NCBI GenBank assembly: GCA_012026655.1
Contig: JAAILG010000756.1
Span: 1 to 64,000 of the forward strand
Direction: 5' to 3'
Source of the DNA: Hydrolagus affinis
Lineage: Eukaryota
DNA: 64,000 nt
Shown: positions 11,080-25,000 of the stretch, one piece after another
Position numbering within the stretch: the stretch's first letter is position 1
Layout: every line of letters starts with the position of its first letter
Position numbers and translations under genes: made by a program
Notes under the pieces: model-generated
The model's database searches: none
Told to the model about the DNA's origin: nothing
What the model saw: the letters and a program-made list of their open reading frames with translations, nothing else

Positions 11080-11104
11080 AGGTTAAGGGGTCACATAGAG
11101 GTCA
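11080..11104 (+). promoter_or_regulatory. Retinoic acid response element: perfect DR5 GGGTCA-CATAG-AGGTCA with an overlapping imperfect DR2 (AGGTTA-AG-GGGTCA)
   Basis: Exact RGKTCA-n5-RGKTCA at 11088-11104. Meis2 is an established retinoic-acid-responsive gene. Confidence 0.7.
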
Positions 11105-14100
11105 TATCTTTGGATACTCATCAGAATGTTTACATTAGCCAGAACAGTGGTCCATTTAACATGTGTGGAGGTTAAAGCATGTTTCTACTGTCAGATTTCA
11201 AATGGACACTTTAAAAATGATCCAAAGACTGTAATGCTGTCGGTTGCAAGTTCAAAATGATGTAATCCTGAAAGCTTACAAAGGTTTGTTTAATGCATTC
11301 ACTGGCTGCTCTCAACAGCAGAAGTAGTCATTTCTCTGGGCTAACCGGCTGCAATACGATCACTCTCCACACCGGGTTAATTTCTGGGATTTAATGGTAC
11401 AGTACTCATTTCTTTAGTCATCCCCACTCTGTTTCTGTTTCATACTAAATGCAACACCTGGTAACCTACTATTTTTAGCCAGCTTTCTTACCATGAGAAA
11501 ATTTCTTGGCAATCCATATTTATCTGGAGCATAGCCAAAACTAGCTGCTCTCTTCTCCTTAAGCAAACCATCCTCTTAAACCAGTTGTTTAACCGGTTTG
11601 TGAAATGTACTTGTTTACTGGAATCTGGCCTATAAACTGAACGCTGTGTCTTTTAAGTCCTGCCACAGAATGAAAGGCTTACGAAGAATATTGGTTATAT
11701 ACTGATGAACTCTGACATTTAGACAACAAAATATGCTTGCATGGTAAGCAGAATGCTAGTCCCATTGACGGCTTGATTTAAATCTTTCTGCGAGTAAATA
11801 TTTGAAGCTTGAGTAAAAAAGCAAATATACTAGTTACACAAATCGTCTACTTTACAGATTATCCCCAATACAGTTTAAACTGAAATAATGTGGTGTAATG
11901 TGCTGCCAGGTGTAGCTTTTTTAAAAAAAATGGGACATTTTGTTTTAGTCAGAATGAACTTCTGTTTCAAATTTTGGATGGTGAATTATTCCTCTCTGAT
12001 TGAAGTATTAAGTTCACTTTATATGCAAATATTGAAACTGTGTAAGCAGTTTCTTTGCTGCTTACATTTAGGTGCAAATTCCTCTACCCTATCATGTTAC
12101 TTTCCCCATCGACACACCTGTCTTCCAATCCAATGGAGAAATCATGAGGAAGGTAATTCCCTTAACACATTCTGCACTTTTTTCCCTTATGCCCTATATA
12201 TAGCACCCCCATGTGGTTTCTCTTTAGTTCCATTTTTTTTAAAAGCCAGGTAGTCTTTTTTTTAAAAAAATCTTTGGTTTTTTTATTTATCAATAACTGG
12301 TCAAAAAGGAAATGAATAATCCAGCAAAAGTTTCAGAATCAACTACTTGTCTTTTTTTTAATAAAAATGCTTGTCTGGACACTATTTTGAGATAATTTCA
12401 TTTTATAAAATAACTTCATTTGCATTCCGTTACAAAGTGAACACTCTGCTCTTTGTTTGTTTGTTTTGTGTCCCAAAAGTAATTTATCAGAGTGGATTTT
12501 TTTTTAATAATGGCAAAACCAGTTTTGTTAGGATCCACAGCTAGCACAATCCAGCCAGCCTGCAAGCCCTTTCATAAGTATGGAATTGGAAAAGTGTATC
12601 GTCTCCAACAATCCCAAACCCTCTGCAGACTTTGTACAATTTGCCCTATTATGGACTCTACCCAACTTGTTCCATCTACTGAGAGAGGCAACTAAATACT
12701 GGTAAATTTCCAAGATGTTTAAGTCTTTCAAAGGCAATCGAGCAAAACCGCACAATATTAATCCTGTCCACATTGAAATCTCAGGCCAGTTACATTCCGT
12801 GGGTGACTCATCTATTTCAACAAGTTTAAACAAATATTTGGTGGAAGTGTGATGTTTACTCCATGTGGCTGCGTTGCTAACGTCTTCTTGTGGAGCATGT
12901 TTAAAACTAGCCCTTGTAATGCTTACAATTTTAATCATTCTTAATATTGCAAGGGCAATTTTCACACTGCGTGAAATGGGAGTATTCATTGATCAGTTTT
13001 TCTGGTAGATTTTTTTCACATCAGTACTTTTTGTCATATTGAACCATATTAAGTCATAGTTTCAAATATTTTATTGGAAATATCCAAATCAAATTTGAAA
13101 CTCCAATTAGGGTTTGTGAGGAGGCATAGGCTCCTTTTTATTTGAATATTACAGTCCTATGTTAAGCTCTCTTCCAGTGGAAATGGATTGCAGATGATGC
13201 TTTAATGCATGTCCAAAAAAAACTAAATCTTGAACAGTAAACTTTTGTCATTTACCCTCTTTAAACAGCTAAACCAGCAGACAAAGAGTGCAATTGCAAC
13301 ACGCCAAAGCTCTCCTGCTTTAGGAATGCAGGTCCTCTTGTCTGGTACAGTCAAAGGGTGAGGGTCCAACAGGGAGTGTTGGTGACCAAACTATGGAATG
13401 CGTAAGTCGGTGTGAAGCAATTATCACCCAAGTTTTTCCCCTCCAGTAATTTTGTCAAGTAAATGAAAAGAATAAATACAGAAATCTCCATTACCAAAGA
13501 GTTAACATGCTGTCAAACTGTAAAACTCTGGACTTTCTCCTAATGGGTAGAAGATTTAGGTATTTATTTTGCGATCAGATTTATTGCTGGGTGTCCCCAA
13601 TTTTAGATTATACCTTGGGCATGCTCACTCTTGAGGCTTTGTCATGTTCCTTTATTAGAATTTCTATTGCACCGTTTTGTTAGGTGCTGGGTTGCTAAAG
13701 CAGTGGGCTAAATTCTGTATTGAGTTTAACTAGCTGACGCATTCAGTACTTTTGCAACACTGTGTGGATATTTTAATCGAAGTTTGATGCTGCAGCACAA
13801 AGGATTAATATGCAGCAATCGAGCAGATGATTTCAGAGCACATTTTCTTGTTTAGCTGATGAAAAAAGTATTCTTATTTTTATAAAAGTGGGTAAAGGAT
13901 GGTGATTTTATTTGGTTGGTTTAGAGGAGCACAGAATGCTAATGTGGTTGTCAATGAACCACATTTTATATGAGAAAGTACCATTGTCTTAATTCTTCTG
14001 CCCCAATGCTCAATCTGCATGGCATTCCTGCAAAGCATCAAGAACATTGTCCCTTCCTGTTTATTTTACTACGGTTTGACCACTATGTGCTATTTTTCCA

Positions 14101-14689
14101 CAGAATTGGCCGTATAGTTCAGGATACAAGTATTGGAGAGTTAGCAGATTGCACTTAACTCCAATGTACTGTATGTCATTGTATCCCTTGAAGGGATCAT
14201 GTGTCTGTTCCCCAGATGCTCTCCCCAGCTTGCTAAGGATGCATCTGTTGTACATGTTGAGGAAGGTTGTGGTGGTTGCCGCAATGTCACAATAGCCAGA
14301 ACATTGTCCAGTGCTTTTATTTACCGCTGAGAAGCCTCTATAGAAGCTGTATCTATTCACTTCCGAGCGATGTGGGAGAAGGTGTGGATGACTTCTTGTA
14401 CCAATAGAATTAGTTACAATGATCTCATTAACATCTGGCCTTACAAAACAACACTGGCATCAGCCTTGTGACAGATGGGCTTTGGATGCATTATCTCAGC
14501 CTGGAGAGCTTGGCTAAGACCGATCCTGAACATCTCTCTAGGATGCTAATGATATATCATGGCCTTCTGAAGGGCATTTTAGACATAGTCACCTTTAACA
14601 CTGTGGGAACACGGCATTAAACTTATCAAAGGAGATTTGCAGTGGATCACAGTTTAGATTCCTCCCTGCTCTCCCCCTCTCTGTTTTTG

Positions 14690-14953
14690 TAGACTGTATA
14701 TCAAATCCATTCCCTGTTGTTTCTGAATTTGGTCACCCTCTTCCTTCTGCCTTGCTTCCTCCCTTGCCTACTTCAAGGCTCGTCTCAAGACCCTCCTTTT
14801 GGACTGTGCTTTCAACTGCCCTCCCACCTCTCTGCCTCCCCTCACCCCTACCCTGCCCATCTTCCTTGCTTGGGTCCTGACCCTGACTGTTCAATGTCTT
14901 GGGACCTCCTCCCGACGTGAAAAGTGCTCTATAAATGTAATTTTATTGTTGTT
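14690..14953 (+). mobile_element. L2-clade LINE 3' end
   Basis: ttcaaggctcgtctcaagaccctcctttt...gtcttgggacctcctcccgacgtgaaaagtgctctataaatgtaatttt(attgttgtt), a typical L2 3' UTR and tail. Confidence 0.65.
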
Positions 14954-17820
14954 AAGATGTTTTACAAATACAATTTTGTGTTGTACTGTACACATATCCT
15001 CAATCCTGATCTGTGTAAACTGAGCTATTGCTAATATTTAATGCACCTGCTAGATATTAAGAGTTTACTATACCACCTCAGCAAACAGAAAAAACGTGTT
15101 GCGTATAAAACATATTCTCATTTGTTGCACTGAAGTTGCCGACATGTTTACAATAGCATATATGTCAGTCTTCTTTCAGTACCCCACCCATATGAGTGGC
15201 TTCTTTATGCGTGAGGTGTGAAAGTGATTATTGGCATGCAATTCAATGGTCGGGAAGCAAAATTGCCGAGTTAGTTCCTGAGATCCATGATTGTGCTTTC
15301 TACCTGAAGTTATTAGATATCTACCAGCAGTGGGGAAACTCTACTGATTTTACTTTACACAACCCTTTCCCCACCCAAAGTCTAGGAGCATTAAGGTCAA
15401 CTGTATGCCACAGAGGCCTTGCTGGTCTGATCAGTTCAGAAAACCACTTATTGGATGAGTCAATAATAATGGCGAAATTATTGTTTCAGCTCTAAATTTG
15501 TTGGGTGGGAGCAATTTAAAGTCTTATTCCACAGTATTTTTTTTTGGTTTATTCCAAGCCATGTAAAGTGAGTTTAAATACAAGAATGCTTTTTTGAATA
15601 ATCCAAGCAATGAGAGGGGGAGGGGGAGGAGAAAGGAAATCCTGTCCACATCCTTTAACTCCTCCCCTAAGTCTTCATGCTTCAAATGTACATGATATAT
15701 TTATAGAGCTATTTTCTCAATATACTGTCATATTGTAGTACTATTTTTATAAAATCAATGTATCAATGGTAAACAATATGCATTAAAAAATCCACATTCC
15801 TGTCTGTTCTTAATGTTTTGAGGTTCAGGGTAACCAATCATCCGTACTGCAATTTTCTACCTCCCTGAACTAATATTCATAAATTAAGATATTCAGCTAC
15901 AGATGTCTTGCTTTATGAAAGTTCTAATTTCTTCAAAAACAATTTAATTGATCTTAATGAAATGTTAATTTTTGTATATTGTTGAATGTGCTATTACTTA
16001 GGAATGCCAGATTTCTAAATTGGCTGTTGCTTTTTAATTGGTAGATGATTACAGATCTAATGTATTAATCATACTTAATTTTAATAAACATTTTGTGCTC
16101 CAAAACCTACTTGGATTAATGTAGTGAAAACATTAAATTTGATACTTCTGCAATACAGTTAATTAAAATGTTGCCAAGGGTTTTTGTGTTGGTTAATTAT
16201 TTATACATTTTCTAAATAAATAGTACATTTCAAGACATCAAATACCGTACTTTAAACCTAATTGTAATCTGATGCAGCAAATCCTATTCTACAGATGAAA
16301 TTGAATATTGTATGGCAAAAATAATCGGGGCAGCCACGTTTAACATTTAAAGAAAATCTTTTGAACTGGCTAACAGATCTGCAAAATATTGCTATAGATA
16401 AGAGTTAAGTAATTGTAGGGAATCCAATGGGAGAGGAGGAGATTTTCTCAATCATGGATGATTGTTTGATGAGTAAATTTTGCTGATAAAGATTTAAAAA
16501 ATAATTTGGCTGTCTATTCGATTGATTGGGGGGAGGGGGAAGAAGACCTATATTCAAAATAATTGATCCAAACATATTGATTTTACCTAAATAAATCAAC
16601 CAGCACATATTAAACAGAAAAAGTTTTGGCACAATTTGAAGCAATTGATGGAATGAGATCTTGCTGGGTTTAATCTGAAGGCAAGTATGCTCTAATGCTG
16701 TACTGCTTTTCCTTTTGACCTTATTTTTCTCTTTGCAATTGCGATTAAATAATCGGTTAATATTATGAAAGTTATGACATGGCCCTGTATCTTCTTCCGC
16801 AGTAGGCCAGCTGTTAGCTGTCTATCAACCACCTAAAGTGGACAAGCAGACCAGGAGTGAATATGTCACTCTTTGATCTGGCGAAGAGCAGCTGCTGATT
16901 TATGTACCGGGACTTTGTTCTTCTGTTCTATTTTACTTTCTTTCCTAAGGCAGAACCACAAAATCTGGTGGAAAACTGCTCTGTTCGCTGCAACATCAAC
17001 AAGCTCTGACAACTGCAACAGGCTTTGGTTGGCTCAGAGACAGCTCTCAGGCATCTCTTCTGACACTCACCTTTTGAGATTCAGTTGTTATTGTTCAATT
17101 TAACTTCTGTACATTCAATGGACTCCGGCCAATAAGCCTGAGGCATCAACACACCTGTATGAAAGAAGCCTTATTGTGGCAACTATCTACGTCCAACCTG
17201 TACACACACTACCTATTTCCATACCAAGAAAGAATGTGCCATCTTCCCCAATGGCAAATCTTGCCTGAAGTGCACTTCATATTTCTGTTGACCTCTAATA
17301 CCTTAACCACAGTAGCAAACATTTTTTTATGAAGTCTGTATGGCCCAAAGAAGGGGGTTAGAGAGGTTACTTTACATCTGTCTGTAAGTCAGTCACATAC
17401 ATCTCCCATGATCCAAAGAAAGAAAAAAAAATCTGAGTGCAGATCCTTTTCTTAGGGGAACTCCTAATAGAGCTAAGGATAAATGTTTATCTTTGCTACC
17501 ATGATATGTTTATGTTACAAGGGTAAATTTTCCACTTGAGGTGTATTGGTGTACTTACATGCAACTTGTAATTCTTAATGTACGGAGTTGGGGTTTTCTG
17601 GAGAAGAGTTTGGGACCCAGTACAATTTTCTGCCAACCGTTCATGTGAAAATGAAATGTTTTATCATTTATAACTACACAGTAAACCTAACAGCTCCATT
17701 TTCAAGCACTCATGTTAGGTTATTTGATTGGATCAGAGATTACATTAATGGATTTATCCAAATACTCAAAATCTTTCATATGCTGAGTTTGGATCTCAAT
17801 ATTTGTATACCATTCAACTT

Positions 17821-17836
17821 TATATATATATATATC

Positions 17837-17862
<26 letters not shown>
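17821..17862. repeat. (TA)n microsatellite
   Basis: About 20 TA units with one interruption. Confidence 0.95.
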
Positions 17863-17867
<5 letters not shown>

Positions 17868-18724
17868 GTACCTAGGAATCTTAAAAGAACCTTTACTCTG
17901 GCAACAGATTGAAACTGTTTTTACATTGTACTTGTCATCTTGTTCTTTGTTTCTATTTTGTGATTAGCTGCTTGTCCTACCTTTTTGCAACCACCATTTC
18001 AGGTCAATAAACTGAAGTGCCTGACCTCCAAGTACTCCTCCAAGTGTCATTCAGAATAAGAGCAGTGAATCAGGAGCAGAGTGGAAAATATCTCAATTAT
18101 GGGACTGATTGACTCCACAGAGAGTTGCTGCTCTGTCATTATAGTAGGCAGCACACAAGCTGAACTATCTATTGCTGGGGTTCAAAACCACTATTTGCTG
18201 AGTAACGGCAACAAGGCAATTCTATACAAGATGAGGGTAAAATGATAATTGTTTGATCAATAGTGTCCAACATTGTTCCGCTATAAACCATACTCAAAAG
18301 TCATATAAAACACCCAATTCATTCAGCCTGAGCTTCTTTGTGAACCATTGTCTATATGGGAAAACTGTTGTGCATTTGCCAAGCAATGCACTTAGAGTGC
18401 ATAAGAGTGAAATCTAGTACTTGGCATTATTGCTTTACTTATAATCATGTTTATACTTGTATTGTAATTATTTTAGGAACAATAACCTAGGCTATAATAG
18501 AAAATACTACTGTAGGGAAAGGGATTCAAGCTAAATTTGATAATTTTTGCAATGATTTAGGTGAGGGTGTAGATGGTAAACATCCATTGTCCTTTATGAC
18601 CATGGATGGCAGGGGATGAGGGAAATCAACTAGTTTTCTCTGACTAGATCACTTTTCTGAGACCCTCCTGCACAAGGCATGTCAGGTGAAAACCAAACCT
18701 AGATCAAATGTGATGATATTTCTA

Positions 18725-18915
18725 GAATAATCTTTGTATTTGATGTTTCACATTGGGAAGATGTCTCCACATGCTTCACAGAATATTGTGTAAAGAAAAG
18801 TGACTATTTGTGGGTGAACATAATAATATAACAATCCTTAGATTTGATATGGCAGCCAATTTACGCACAGCAATGTCCCATGATCCAGCCATGAAAACAA
18901 TGACCAATTTTATCT
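18725..18915 (-). mobile_element. Degenerate SINE 3' fragment, same family as the 44.4-45.0 kb cluster
   Basis: atgcttcacagaatattgtg and ggcagccaatttacgcacagcaatgtccca...aatgacc match the 44.4-45.0 kb copies. Confidence 0.6.
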
Positions 18916-18949
18916 GGGGGAAGGATGATCAGATCTGGTAATCTCCTTT

Positions 18950-19055
18950 CTGACACTCGCTATACAAGATCACCTAAAGAATAATCATCTTAGTGAGTTA
19001 CTTGAAGGTATAGTCATAGAATGTTTCAGTGCCTTCAGGAAAGGAGAAGGTGGGT
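18950..19055 (+). mobile_element. 3' fragment of the 59.5 kb SINE-like repeat
   Basis: ctgacactcgctatacaagatcac...agtgccttcaggaaaggagaagg resembles 59746-59870. Confidence 0.4.
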
Positions 19056-22000
19056 GGGGGGTAACGAGAGTTGGCAAAAAAAAAAATTCCAATCAGATAA
19101 ATCCCAAGGCAAAGCCCACAAAGCCTAACTGTTGTGTGCAAATGAAAGCAGATACTGGTTGCCGAACTAGTGTGTCAGTTTCATCCCTAAGGCCAAATTT
19201 TCAGATTCAAACAACATTAGTAAATGTGCACCACTTTCTCCCCTTTTTTCATTTCTGCTAAGTCTCAAATATTTTTATTGTTGAAGCTACTCTTCACCGT
19301 ATTGCTTTCTAATTTATAAAACATTAATAGGTTTTTCAACTCCGCTTGCTAACATCTTGTAGAAAATTGCTGATCCTTTATAAAGTGCACTCTACCTTGT
19401 AAAGCAAAACACCCATGCCCTTTGGAGTATGAGTATATATGAAATAATCTTCTTTTCTTTCACCTCCTGCCTCCCCCTGCCCCTGCCCCTTCCTTGTTTA
19501 TAATAGGCTGTCTTTCAAGTGATTTTCCCCAAGCCATTATCTTTTTAACACTGCAATAATACACGCAATGTCCTCACAAACTAGTTATACTTGCGACTGA
19601 CTGATATGTGCACTTGCCAAAGTTTAATACTGTAGAATTTACTACCACATATGCATGCCACATTGGCCACGTGTCCCGGTATGAAATGCTGATAGTGTCA
19701 TATTTGTAAAAAAAATTATTCGCTACAATTTATGTGAAGTTCTACAGCATCCAAAAGGGGACACTATTTTAGATTTGTCTATTCCATCGATAGGATGTTT
19801 ATGCACACTTCAACAGCTTATTTTTAAAACATCTGAAAATGTTGATGTGTTTTGATTTAAAAATTTATTTAAACAAAATAAAAAGAAGAAAAAAACTTGT
19901 GATTCAGTTATTTTGAAAGTGGTATGAGCAGTTATGTATATAAAAATGTTTTAAAGAATTTGAATACAGTATCTGCTCAGTACCTTTTTGGAAAAAAAAT
20001 TCAGTTGAGTTGATCCAATGCAGGTTTAACCACAAGGAAAACAATATCAACAGAAAATACATTTGAAATGTTTTACTGTATTGAATTTTTTTTAATGCAG
20101 ATTATTTTGCTGTTTCCCACCCGCCAACCATCCCACCTCCCCTTGCACATTAATGTTTGACCAATGTAGACCACAGTTTCGTACACCAGGGATAAGTAAA
20201 CTGATGTCTAGACCTAATCACTTAAGACAGGTGACTATTAGTCTCGGTCCCTGCGGTGACAGCCTGTTAACTAACTAGCTGTCTGATGCACGTTAATATT
20301 TTTAGTTCCTCTTCTACTAAAGTTTTATCTGATTAAAAAAAAACTGTTTGAAGCCCTCAAACATCTCTATGGGGAAAGAGCGAAACAAAACCCTACTGCG
20401 GTAACTTAGCAACCTTAAGCAAAAATAAAACAACTGAGCTGATTATGTAATGAATGTATTTTTTTCTCTCTCTCTGACTGTTCAAAATCCATTGCCAGTA
20501 GTGAAGAAACAAGAGTAATTAACATGTTCTCAAACCACACTACACATCAGAATGTCTGATTACATTGGATAAGATCAGACCTTGGCTAGAATCTTTAATT
20601 CAATTTATCCTTGCCTTTTACCAAAACAGTGTTTTACCTATATATCTGTATGCCACAGGCCCTGCCATCATTAATTTTAATGTCACTGATCGCTTCCTTT
20701 TGAGCATGTTATCACTTGTAAAACTGACAGGTGGTAAACAACTAATAATGATTTCAGATTCCTTTCTTGAATTCACATCTGCAATATCCAACGCTGTTAG
20801 CAGCACTGTTAGCTATTTATCTTTTGAAATGTGATATTTATGCATACATTGCATTTGATAATTATTCAGATGATAAGAATGTGGGAAAATATATATACTT
20901 CAAATGAGCTACACATCATTGTAGGAATCTAAAAGTGAATTGATCTATCTGGCATTTCTATCCAATAATGCCCCAGGAGGAGGATATGCTTGAAAAGTTT
21001 CCAACTAGAACAGGTCAGCCAGTGGTTTGTCAGAGGTTCTTGCCCTGCCAGGCATAAAAAGTCTTTCTGAACTCCCAGGACTATAAATATGAGCTCTGGT
21101 TCAGAAAATAGTTTTATCTGTGCAGTAACAAAGGTGCAGTATAATAGAAATGTGTGTAATTCCAACAACTGGACCTGTTTTGCCGGTACTGTAGTTACAT
21201 TTCTGACTTTACCGTAAGATTCTGTGGATGTCTCAGCAATATTTTCTATAGGAAGGCTATTTCAGGAGACACTGCCCATCTTCAAATTTGCCTTAACTTA
21301 CAATATTTCCTTTAAGTTTATTTACAATGTGCATCAACCTAAAGTAAAATGTACTTTGTACAATATTGCAGTTAGCACACCCAATCAAATCAAAATATAG
21401 CTTTGGTCTAAAATAATGCTTTCACGATGCTTTAAAAATATAATAAATAATAGTATCTAGTCTTTTTTTCCTAGGCTGTACATTACAATTGTAATATTTT
21501 GTAGATATTGATACAAAAAAATGAAACTTATGCACTTAGGAGACGAGCAGAAGAAGCATTTCCCCCTTAAAGTATTAAGAGCAAATGGTTATTGTGTTTG
21601 AAATTTTACATACATTATTCCTACAGCTGTTAGATCAAAAATACCTGTCTGACTCTACACTCTACTATTTTTAAAAAAAATTGTTCTTTTTTATAGCTTA
21701 TAGCCTTCGATGGCCTTTTCATCTGAATGATGCAGTCTTTGGCCACAAATCTCACTGCTATTCCACTGTGTGACATCTTCACTCGTTTGCTGCTGCTCAT
21801 TAACAAACAATACTGCTGTGAAATTGGTTTAATGACAAAGTAATAAAATTGCTATTCAACTCACAGATTGCCTCAGGCTTTCCAAGCTCCTACAAGGCTT
21901 ACACTGTGTGCCAAGATGCATTAAGCTGCTTATTTGTGTACACTGCATCCTTCACTCTGTTTCAGTCTATTTTTCTCTATCTATATTGAATACGGTTTTC

Positions 22001-25000
22001 TTACTGCCACCCACCTTAAAATTAAAGTTGATTTATGCAAGCAAGGTATGTCACATTGACTCTAAGCATGCTGGATCACACAACTGATGCTACAGATATT
22101 AAGAAAAACATGTTACCTCAACCCCACCCCCCCAAAAAAAGTCCAGCTTTAATATAAATTCCCTGTTCAGATATTATAATATTGCAATATTAGCTCATAA
22201 TTTCAACCTGCCTCTAAGCAATTGAATAATCTGTTCTCGTTTCACATTTTTCAGATATTAGGACATCTTGCTTAAAGTATTAAAGAGCCCATGTGATCTG
22301 GCATTTCAGAATTACAAGCCGTAAACATCCATTGACATAACATTTTGACGTGATTCTGATGTCACTGCTGTCATCTGATCATTGACTGCTGCTCAGACAG
22401 TAAGCAACCAGTCTCTTTGCAGGTGAAATGCTACTATTGTTTAAATCAGAAAGATTTAACTTGGTGTATGATGTAATTCCAGCCACTATAGTCACAGCAA
22501 AGAATGCTCCCAAGCTAATGCCAATGATATGGCAACATGTCACCCTCTCCACCCCACACACAAGATGACATGGCTCCTTTAAGTATCAGTTTGCATTTTG
22601 CTTTGGCTATTTGAAGGTTTTATTAATACAAGGTGCACATACCTACAAAGCCATCACTGCTGCCACCTGTTTTCTATAACAAGAGCTCATTTCTAAATCT
22701 ACTTGGTTACCAATTCTGGGGGCCATTACCAAGCCAAGATTTATGATTGTCAGACAATGGTGAAATAACAAAAGCTCTATGTAACAGGTGGGTCGTTCCT
22801 GCTAGTGATTAGCAGTCAACATTTTTTTATTGGAGTTCTATGAAGAATTGTAAGGATATTTTTAGTTTAATCAAAAAGCTTTTCTTTGAATACAATCAAA
22901 AAGGGAACCTACGATCTCAATTGATTTAAGCATTTAGCTCACAACCAGGAGGCTGTGAATAGGAGTCCCAGAGCCGCCAGTCCCTTCAACTTGCCTCTTT
23001 CTGTTCAATGAGTTATCGGTTCTAGACCGGACCCCTGGATGGAACTCAGCACAATAGCAACAGAGTTTTCATCTCTAAAGGGAAGGGAAGGCTGACATTG
23101 TCCATTTTACCACTACTTAAATCGTGCATCATGCTGGCGTGTCGTTAACAAGAGACGTGAGAAAAACAGTGCCACAATATCCATCTTTTGAATTCAAGTG
23201 ATGGCATTGGGAAGGCAGGGGGGAAGGATAGAGGAACAAAATATTGATCTATTACTACAGTGTCATCGAATTCAGATGATATTCCCAACCCCTTGTAGGC
23301 ATAGACCATATATCAAAAGGGAAACAAAAAATATAAAGTAAAGGTATCTATACAAAATATCTCTACATTAAATTACTCCACCATTCTGTATGCATGTGTA
23401 TTGAAAATCATTCATATTCTACCTACAAGAAGAACTGATGTTTTTGAAGTAGGAGAGAACAATCATGAGGGTGGAAAATTAGCCGTCTCTGAGGGCATGA
23501 AGTACAAGATGGGGCATGAGTTGTGGGGTAGACAAAAGATGATAAAGCACACATTTGGGAACTAGTCAGTGGTCAATGAGGGAATTCATGGATGCAGAGC
23601 AATATACTACTGTCTGGACTGAGAAAGATCAGGTGTGTAAAGTGCTGCAAAGTGATTTAATGATGTGAATGCAGGTAGAAATTCTGGTAATAACTGGCAG
23701 CTGCCTGACTTTTGAGAAGAAAAAATACTTTGAGTTAAATTTATCTAGTAGTGATTGCTGAGTTCCATGTGTAACAAAAGCAATAGTTGCAATTAATGTC
23801 CTAGTTAGAAAGTCAGTTAATTCTAGGATCTAGTGGCAACACCAGTCTCCTAATCAGCATGATCAAAGTTGGGTTGACCATCTCATCTATGTTTCATTCA
23901 CTCCCATTGCATTTCCATCACAAAACTGCAAATTTGAAGAGTTAAAACTTGCTGTGCATAACCTTCCAGAACATATCTGTTTAACACTGACATCCTACTT
24001 GGCTAATCTTTCGGTTCCATTAAGAAGTTGGTAAACTGAACCCGTGTACTTTGTGTCACCACAGGCTTGAGATGCAGAAGATTGCAGTATAAACACACTG
24101 GGGTATAAGTCACTGACCCCTAGTGTTCCTTTCATAGCAAATTGATAGCATAATTTTATTATGCTCTGAATGACGACTACAGGGAATGTGCAGGATCTGC
24201 ACAACTCTACATATAATCCATTTGACTAAATGTAACACTTCCATTAGATGAGGGTATAATGAAAGCAGTACTGGATGCCAGCAAGGACTATAACATTTCA
24301 GTTTTTAGATCTTGTCAAAAGGGCACACAATAAATCATACACATAGCTTATTAAATGTCATAGACAGGTGATCCAACAGGGAGCCCAAGGAGGGTGCTTA
24401 TATTGCAAGATGACTTCTGTGTCATATGATATGTATTCCTCAGAGTACTAAGGTCAGAAAATCTTTCCATGGATTTTAATAAGCTACTTATTACCGTCTT
24501 TTGATGCTAATTATTTGATATATTCTTTTGGTACTTGTCCATTAATATTGAACCGGCAGCCATATTTTAACAATGATTGGGTATCATAAACATTGTTCAT
24601 TTTCATATAATTGACGTACATTTTAGCGAAATCCTTAAGAATGTCAGAATTAGGATGAAACAACTAGGAAAAGATAAGTCTTGTTGGCTCTATTATCCCT
24701 TGTATATTGGTCAGGACGTGGAGAGAGAATTTTCCAATTTAGGATATTGAACACTTATAATGACTAATGTGGTATCAAGGCCTGGTTTATGTTAGACAGA
24801 TAAATTAACAAAAGTTAATTAATTACCATATTAAATCTTTAAAATTGAGGTTTATTTTAAAACTTTGCAGATTTGTCGCTGTCATCCCGTGATTAAAAAA
24901 TAAATATGAGGCTATTAAAAGATGTATATACTAGTGGTTGGTAAGCTCATAAAATAAAATTGCAATACACAAATGCAGCATGGAATCATGTGTTTGTACT

